Positions 58,121 to 64,000 of a stretch of 64,000 nucleotides of DNA are shown here, one piece after another. A model generated the notes under the pieces. It worked only from the letters and a program-made list of their open reading frames with translations. It ran no database searches and had not been told where the DNA came from. Source of the DNA: a virus (Duplodnaviria > Caudoviricetes); the IMG/VR virus record IMGVR_UViG_3300030330_004956, positions 1 through 64,000 of that record; one strand, written 5' to 3'. The translations under genes were made by a program, and so were the position numbers. Within the stretch, counting starts at the first letter, position 1, and every line of letters begins with the position of its first letter.

Positions 58121-61100
58121 ATGTCTTACAACACTCTCAGCGGTACAATTCAAGGCCCAAACAAGATAATAGCAAAAAAAGATGGCACTTTCACACAAAT
58201 AACAGGATCGGTATCCGGTTCATTTGTTAATGCAAGTGGCACATTAGTTTCTTTTGCTTCAATTGGTACTGTTGGGGGATCCGGCGGAGCAATCGGAGAA
58301 TCCGAAGATGGCTCATATGCAGATGGACTTTTCACAGATTTTACAACTGGCACCATGGTTGGCGTTGTGCTGGACAGATACAACGAAATATTTAAATCTC
58401 TAGTCCCACCACCAGCGCCAAATCTTAGCAGAGCATTTACTGCACAAGACGGAACTGATGTGCGCTTATCTTTCGGTGCATCTAATGATATGGAGTCTGA
58501 TGGCACTCCATATTATTCTGTAACCACATCAGCAGGCGGTACCGCCGTGGACAAAGGTGAATTATATGGAACCCAGACTTTTGGAAACAATTTTAGAATA
58601 GCAGCATTCCAAGGTACCACTGCGATCACCGGCGTCATCAATGATCAAGTCACTGCTTCAGTCTTGGGTTCGTACACAAATTATGTTGCTAATGCTTTCG
58701 GCAACGCCAACACCGGCACATTAGCTCTTTACATTAATAGCACTTCATCCGCAGCACATACTTTAAATTTAGCCACAGCAACAGGGACAGGGAACCCGGG
58801 CTCTGGTAATAGCTCATCGCTGAATGCAGACGGGAGCGGCTTTATAAAGGTGTCAATAGCTAAAAATGCAACCGATGCCAACAATAATAGTTTTGATATC
58901 TTTAAACACAGGACTGCAAACTTTGTTGTAAATCCTGCATCGCAGAGAATGGGATGGAATTATGCATATGTTAAACACACTGTTGGATCCGCAAATTATA
59001 CATCCAACTTTATTGAATGGGTTAATGATGCAAACGCCGTTACCCCAACCATAACCAGCCAAGCAATTACGGGAATTACTTTAAATGGCTCAAGGTATTT
59101 ATCAGGAGTGCAGTACAATTTAAGCGCGTCAGCAGATTATTCTTTTTTGATATCGCATTTTTATAAAAATGTCTATCTCAATGCAAGTGTCATTTGCGTC
59201 GATCTCAATGGTAGAGCTACTATTACCGACACAACTATGCCGCACATAGGAGCCGACGATGAAAATAAAACAGTTGCCCTTACACAATCATTGGAAACCA
59301 ATGTGCCTACAATTTTAAATGCCACTGTTGGCGCCCAAGCATCTGTAAGTCATATTTTCAAAGGAACGGCGAATGCAAATACGAGCGTATCCGGGTTTTT
59401 AATTTATACGCCCACGAGTAATAATCCTACTAACACTGTAGAATACTTTAGAAACGAAAAATACAGATTACCTTCCGGCTCACACGACGCTCAGGGAACA
59501 ATCGCAACGAGTAGCTGGACAAGCGCAACCCATATGACTGGCTCCGGTACACACGCAGACGGGCTAATTATTTACAACGAAGCTCTCAGATCACCAAAAC
59601 AGGGAGCAAACGGAGGAAACTTTGCAGCAATTGCAAACACAGAATCTGGTAATCCGGATTACTCTTCTGTGACTGGTGTGAGAACATTTTACAGAGCATT
59701 TAAAAATACTGGCGCCGCCAAGCAAGATGTTTCCATAACAATCAACGGCACCGGAACAATTGTTTCAAACGGCGCTGAATTAGGAGCCAATAATAAGATT
59801 AGAGTTCTGGTTAAAACACCCGGCAAAACTGGATGGATGAATTTGGCAGACGCATATAGTCATCCTAACTTATCTGACGGTGCTGGCGCCAGAGAGACTA
59901 ATTTTGATTCTTCCTTAAACGCTACAAATATTGTTACTTTGGGCGCAAAAGCGGTTGCAACTAATGAATGGTTTTTGGTTAAAATTGAAGCGCATGCAAA
60001 CTGGACAGGAAATATATCCCAAATCTCTGTAACTTTTGGCGCTGGTACTGGAGGAATTACCAATCCCTCAAATTTGAGCCAGCTAGATGAAACAATGGCA
60101 AACAATGGCTCCAATGCTGATTTATCTTTTGGAGCCAGCAAGCCAATCGCTGGTTATACATCTGCTACAGGCACTCCTAGCATCAATGGTGCTGTAGATC
60201 TCAACGGATTATGGGAGCCAAACACTGGATTTGATAACCAGAGGTTGGGCGTTTATGATAAAACATTTAATATAACTGGAAAGTTAAATTCTGTCATCAC
60301 ATCTGCTAGACTTTCCGATGCGCATACTGGTTCATTGGAATTATACATCAATGGCGCTTTACGACACACAGTAAACTTAAACTCTTATGGCGACGGTAAC
60401 ACACTAAACTCTTCTGGTTCAGGCTTCCAAAGCTTATCTGCTGTCAAGTATCCGAAATTCGGAAATCAAGTTAGCGATTATACTAAGCCATACAGAACAG
60501 GATCTGTGATAGTAGATGCTGATGATCAGCGAGACGGCTGGAATTTTGCCAGAGTGAAACATAGCGGTACTTTTGGGGAAAGAACTTCAACATACATTGA
60601 GTGGATGAACGATAGTAATGCCTCTACCATTTCTGTCGCCGGCGGTAACATTTCCAATTTTAATAATTCTAATGTCTTTTATAGTTCTGGCATCAAAAGT
60701 TTCAGAAATCCACCGACTGCATCTTTTACTTTAACTTCTTCTAATAATTATCTAAACACTTATGACGGAGATCCCGCTAATGCAATAGACTTCAATGATA
60801 GTTTGACAAATGTGACAATATCTGCAATGACTGCCTCCGGCGCCGGTATCAATGATTTGACAGATTCGAATGGAGTATCAGGATATCCCACTCTAAACAC
60901 TACAACTAATTCACAAACTGCTAGTGTAAATTACAATTTAACTTTATCTTTTACTCCTAGCTTTTCTTTGGTAGGCGCCTTCGTAGGTGGCGCAGCAATT
61001 CACACTGCCAGTATTGGCTCCGCTAAGTTCCTACAGCCACCGGTGAATGGCAACAACAATACTTATTCTACATTCACAACTTCTGATTTTACTAGTTTTT

Positions 61101-61852
61101 CTAAAGCCGGCTTCTTGGTTTTTAGTGGCTCTGGGCTAACTACCAATTCTTCATCCATTGAAGCGTTTACTAGTGAAGAGTTTAGATTACAAAACAAAGG
61201 TAAAACATACGACGCACAAACAGATACAACAGCCTCAGAAAATAAGTGGAATGCTCAATACTCAGTAAATGATGGCACCTATCCATCACACCAAGATGGC
61301 TTGGTGGTTTTTGGAGAAAAGCTACTTGCACCCCCAAAAGCAGGAGTTAGTGGTGATTGTAGAAACATAGCAGACGGCGGCACACTTCAGGCACCATCTG
61401 GAAACCCAAATTATGCTTTATCCGGCTTGACGGACGCTACGAGAACATATGTTAGATTCTTCAAAAACACCACAGGCGGAGACAAAACTAATATTCAAAT
61501 ACAAATTTACGGTTCTGGTACTTTAGATGATCTCGGCGCATCGTATGCCAATGGTAACTTTAAATTAGAATACAAATTCCCAAGCTCAGATGCCAGCGTA
61601 AATACTGCATGGCTTGATGCTGGAAAGAATTCTCAAAGCGGAAACAAAAATGTTGACGGTGAAGGTGGAGTTACGGGCGTTGGCTCAGGTTATTTTCCAT
61701 TAACTATTAGCGCAGAAGGAACAACTATTGGCGCATCACCTAATTATGTTACCTTGTTGGGTGGCGCATGGGAAAATAATAAGTACTTATTAATTAGAGT
61801 AAGAGCCAGTGCCAGTTGGAATGGGTGGATAAGTAGAATAGAGGTAACATAA
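58121..61852 (+). CDS. large virion protein with an internal tandem duplication
   Basis: Two homologous ~550-600 aa halves sharing LSFGAS, LYIN, QRxGWN(Y/F)AxVKH, IEWxND, HxDGL, GNPxY, RTxxRxFKN. Confidence 0.75.
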   Translation: MSYNTLSGTIQGPNKIIAKKDGTFTQITGSVSGSFVNASGTLVSFASIGTVGGSGGAIGESEDGSYADGLFTDFTTGTMVGVVLDRYNEIFKSLVPPPAPNLSRAFTAQDGTDVRLSFGASNDMESDGTPYYSVTTSAGGTAVDKGELYGTQTFGNNFRIAAFQGTTAITGVINDQVTASVLGSYTNYVANAFGNANTGTLALYINSTSSAAHTLNLATATGTGNPGSGNSSSLNADGSGFIKVSIAKNATDANNNSFDIFKHRTANFVVNPASQRMGWNYAYVKHTVGSANYTSNFIEWVNDANAVTPTITSQAITGITLNGSRYLSGVQYNLSASADYSFLISHFYKNVYLNASVICVDLNGRATITDTTMPHIGADDENKTVALTQSLETNVPTILNATVGAQASVSHIFKGTANANTSVSGFLIYTPTSNNPTNTVEYFRNEKYRLPSGSHDAQGTIATSSWTSATHMTGSGTHADGLIIYNEALRSPKQGANGGNFAAIANTESGNPDYSSVTGVRTFYRAFKNTGAAKQDVSITINGTGTIVSNGAELGANNKIRVLVKTPGKTGWMNLADAYSHPNLSDGAGARETNFDSSLNATNIVTLGAKAVATNEWFLVKIEAHANWTGNISQISVTFGAGTGGITNPSNLSQLDETMANNGSNADLSFGASKPIAGYTSATGTPSINGAVDLNGLWEPNTGFDNQRLGVYDKTFNITGKLNSVITSARLSDAHTGSLELYINGALRHTVNLNSYGDGNTLNSSGSGFQSLSAVKYPKFGNQVSDYTKPYRTGSVIVDADDQRDGWNFARVKHSGTFGERTSTYIEWMNDSNASTISVAGGNISNFNNSNVFYSSGIKSFRNPPTASFTLTSSNNYLNTYDGDPANAIDFNDSLTNVTISAMTASGAGINDLTDSNGVSGYPTLNTTTNSQTASVNYNLTLSFTPSFSLVGAFVGGAAIHTASIGSAKFLQPPVNGNNNTYSTFTTSDFTSFSKAGFLVFSGSGLTTNSSSIEAFTSEEFRLQNKGKTYDAQTDTTASENKWNAQYSVNDGTYPSHQDGLVVFGEKLLAPPKAGVSGDCRNIADGGTLQAPSGNPNYALSGLTDATRTYVRFFKNTTGGDKTNIQIQIYGSGTLDDLGASYANGNFKLEYKFPSSDASVNTAWLDAGKNSQSGNKNVDGEGGVTGVGSGYFPLTISAEGTTIGASPNYVTLLGGAWENNKYLLIRVRASASWNGWISRIEVT

Positions 61853-61853
61853 C

Positions 61854-63002
61854 ATGGCAAACACCAATCAAGCGCAAACTATATCCGCTTTCAAAAGATT
61901 GGCTGGTAGAGCTAATACCTCCGCCGCCAAAGCCTACTATGAAGAGAACATACCATCTGCACTACAAACCACAACCACTACTGTATTTGCTGATACCGTG
62001 CCACAATCTGCCGCTGGCATATCTTCTTCGGCAGACTTTGCTTCTAGATATGCAATCTTTACAGGAAGTTCTGGCAACAATGTAATGGAGTTGGTTCCTT
62101 TTGTTGTGGAGACTATCGGCGGTACCCTGTATGACGACGATCAGTTATCAGATCGCGGTGGTGAAGGATCTCAAAACTCAGGATATCATGGCTATCAATT
62201 AAAATTACCATCGGACTATGAATCAAAATCTAATAACCCTGCTGCTGGCACTGGAGTTTTTGTAAATAATCAAGTAGTTCATGCATCGAATGGGTTGTTA
62301 CAGCTTGTCGGGCCGACACTCGCCCCAAATACACGCCCAAAGTTAAACATGTCTATATGGACAAATACTGGTACTTTTTCGTCCTCAACTGCGGCAAGCT
62401 ATACAGGAGTCCCAGCTACAGATCCTATTGATTGGGTTCCGGACTACTTTAATGGAACTATCTTTATGCAAGATTTTGATTCCACTAAAGTGCCCACAAT
62501 TGCAATGGGGTACGTTTACATTGGCAAAATGGCTGGAACTGCAATTTCAGACGCAGCTAATTCTGGCTCTGGGCAGCAGATCACAATTAAAGATGAAGGC
62601 ACGAACAGGACTACAAATTTATCTTCTATAGACTTTGTTGGTGCCGGAATTACTGCCACAACTGTTGGAGACAACGTAACTGTCACAGTTCCCGGTGTAG
62701 CCGGAATGGGAGGTGTCACATACGGAAGAACAGTCGCCGCCGCTAACATGACTTCTTCAGCATCTGATAAAATAATAGGCGTAACCGCTACTGCCTCTAT
62801 TGAAATTAGACTCGCCGCTGCAAGTACATTGTCTGTAGGGCAATATGTTACGATCAAAAAAGAAGTGAGTTCTTCTAATATTATTACGATTTCTGCGTCT
62901 GGATCAAACAAAATTGATGGAGTTGGGAATATAAAACTTGAGTCTCCCTTCGCTGCTGTAAATCTATACTCAGATGGTACTGGCAGCTACTTTGTTTATT
63001 AG
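61854..63002 (+). CDS. fibre-like virion protein sharing a C-terminal module with 57287-58111
   Basis: DW.PDYFNG, ITIKDEG...IDFVGAGITAT and C-terminal DKIIGV...EIRL...TIKKE...IDG...LYSDG. Confidence 0.7.
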   Translation: MANTNQAQTISAFKRLAGRANTSAAKAYYEENIPSALQTTTTTVFADTVPQSAAGISSSADFASRYAIFTGSSGNNVMELVPFVVETIGGTLYDDDQLSDRGGEGSQNSGYHGYQLKLPSDYESKSNNPAAGTGVFVNNQVVHASNGLLQLVGPTLAPNTRPKLNMSIWTNTGTFSSSTAASYTGVPATDPIDWVPDYFNGTIFMQDFDSTKVPTIAMGYVYIGKMAGTAISDAANSGSGQQITIKDEGTNRTTNLSSIDFVGAGITATTVGDNVTVTVPGVAGMGGVTYGRTVAAANMTSSASDKIIGVTATASIEIRLAAASTLSVGQYVTIKKEVSSSNIITISASGSNKIDGVGNIKLESPFAAVNLYSDGTGSYFVY

Positions 63003-63035
63003 TGCTTTTTCGTCTTACACATACTATATAGGTGT

Positions 63036-63059
63036 AGAGAGAGGGTACGCCTTTTCTCT
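63036..63059 (+). terminator. 10-bp stem with a UACG tetraloop (terminator or 5'-stabilising hairpin)
   Basis: AGAGAGAGGG-TACG-CCTTTTCTCT (two G-U pairs), followed by TGCTTT and preceded by ACTATATA at 63023-63030. Confidence 0.5.
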
Positions 63060-63091
63060 TGCTTTATTAACAATTAATGGAGGGTTTAATA

Positions 63092-64000
63092 ATGGCTTAT
63101 AAATTTCAATTAGGGACTGCTCGTCTGAGTGGCTCTATTATACTTGAAGATGAAATGTTTGCATCTTCTTCGAACGGCGTCTCTGTATCAGGCGACGGCG
63201 CAAAAGCTAAAGTCGTCAAAATCGATGTTGTCAACAGCAACAAAGATGGACGCATTCAAGTTTACGGATCCGGTGCAGTAGGTACTGCTTCTGTCCAAAT
63301 CGGAATCGGTGGCTCACAAGAGGGTGAGGTTTTCATTCGTAACAATGCTGGTGCTGATCAGATCTTGCTTCAGGGCAACAAAGCGACTATCATGGGTTCA
63401 ATCGAACTTGGACACGCATCTGATAACACTCTTACCGCTGCTAGTGGTGATTTGAGTATTGAAGGTAATCGCCTTTTCCGTGCTGGTGGTGCTGATATTC
63501 CAGTTGCTGACGGCGGAACTGGTGCTTCAAATGCATCTGGTGCTCGTACAAACTTAGGTGTTGCAATCGGCTCTGACGTTCAAGCACATGACGATATCTT
63601 GGATGATATCGCTGGTGTAACTCAGGCTGCAAATAAAGGTGTATATTTTGATTCAAACACCAGTGCTGCAACTTTTGACTTGACTGCTGCTGGTAGAGCA
63701 CTTCTTGATGATGCTGATGCTGCCGCCCAAAGAACAACTCTTGGTTTGGGATCTGCTGCCCTTGCGGCTTCTGCTGATTTCCAGCCGGCTGATGCAGAAT
63801 TAACTGAACTTGCCACAATGGCGACTGCGACTGCTGAAGCTTTGGCTGACTTGTCAGACGCTGAAGTCGCCGTTCTTGATGGCGCTACTGCTGGTACCGC
63901 TGTTGCTTCTAAGGCTCTAGTTGTTGACTCTGATAAAGATCTTACTGGTGTTAGAAACCTTACTCTTGCTGGTAACTTGACTGTTAATGGTACTCAAACT
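63092..64000 (+). CDS. fibre protein, 5' part (runs off the window; absent from the ORF track)
   Basis: GGAGG SD, ATG 63092, open for 303 codons: MAYKFQLGTARLSGS...PVADGGTGASNASGARTNLG...LTAAGRALLDDADAAAQRTTLGLG...GNLTVNGT, all typical fibre motifs. Confidence 0.85.
   Translation, partial: MAYKFQLGTARLSGSIILEDEMFASSSNGVSVSGDGAKAKVVKIDVVNSNKDGRIQVYGSGAVGTASVQIGIGGSQEGEVFIRNNAGADQILLQGNKATIMGSIELGHASDNTLTAASGDLSIEGNRLFRAGGADIPVADGGTGASNASGARTNLGVAIGSDVQAHDDILDDIAGVTQAANKGVYFDSNTSAATFDLTAAGRALLDDADAAAQRTTLGLGSAALAASADFQPADAELTELATMATATAEALADLSDAEVAVLDGATAGTAVASKALVVDSDKDLTGVRNLTLAGNLTVNGTQT

Noticed and set aside
420-63818. Numerous minus-strand ORFs of 60-185 aa (e.g. 3441-3986, 8982-9497, 30394-30951, 47496-48026) and short off-frame plus-strand ORFs
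   Set aside because: All lie within long, motif-bearing + strand genes and show no recognisable motifs; they are antisense or frame shadows.
1-64000. Alternative genetic code (TAG or TGA recoding, seen in some large phages)
   Set aside because: Genes are full length under code 11, and TAG and TGA both end genes at natural boundaries (e.g. 14664, 33702, 5466, 57247).
1-64000. CRISPR array, tRNA, DGR, intron or intein
   Set aside because: No spaced identical repeats, cloverleaf, reverse transcriptase or near-identical TR/VR pair was seen. Terminase, portal and primase are of normal length, and intergenic gaps are under 100 nt.

Overview
The window is a gene-dense, AT-rich (roughly 36-37% GC by eye) segment of a large T4-like/jumbo myophage genome. 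All credible genes are on the + strand, use the standard genetic code and mostly have Shine-Dalgarno (SD) motifs. Gene order: end of a sugar-modification locus (NDP-sugar C-methyltransferase), FmdB zinc ribbon, gp55-like late sigma factor, and a long baseplate module (OB-fold/M15 peptidase hub protein, spike, 2598-aa protein, gp25, gp6, DNRLRE-like protein, 5241-aa gp7-like LamG giant, split DUF3751/gp8-like pairs, J-domain protein). These are followed by a RuvC-like resolvase, primase, fused SbcD-SbcC, holin/spanin-like genes, terminase, portal, prohead protease, ribosomal protein bS21 and fibre genes running off the right edge. No tRNA, CRISPR array, intron or mobile element was seen. Most notable observations: (1) an apparent 8-layer nested ('matryoshka') domain stalk tipped with two LamG domains inside the giant protein; (2) a directional [ST]-[GAS]-S motif concentrated in a subset of virion proteins, a candidate glycosylation sequon; (3) strong GGCGCC over-representation together with CCWGG/GGWCC avoidance; (4) an ACTATTTA late-promoter motif, one copy lying in an 11-bp hairpin that links the bS21 stop codon to the next start codon. 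All assignments come from motif recognition by eye, and all counts are manual.
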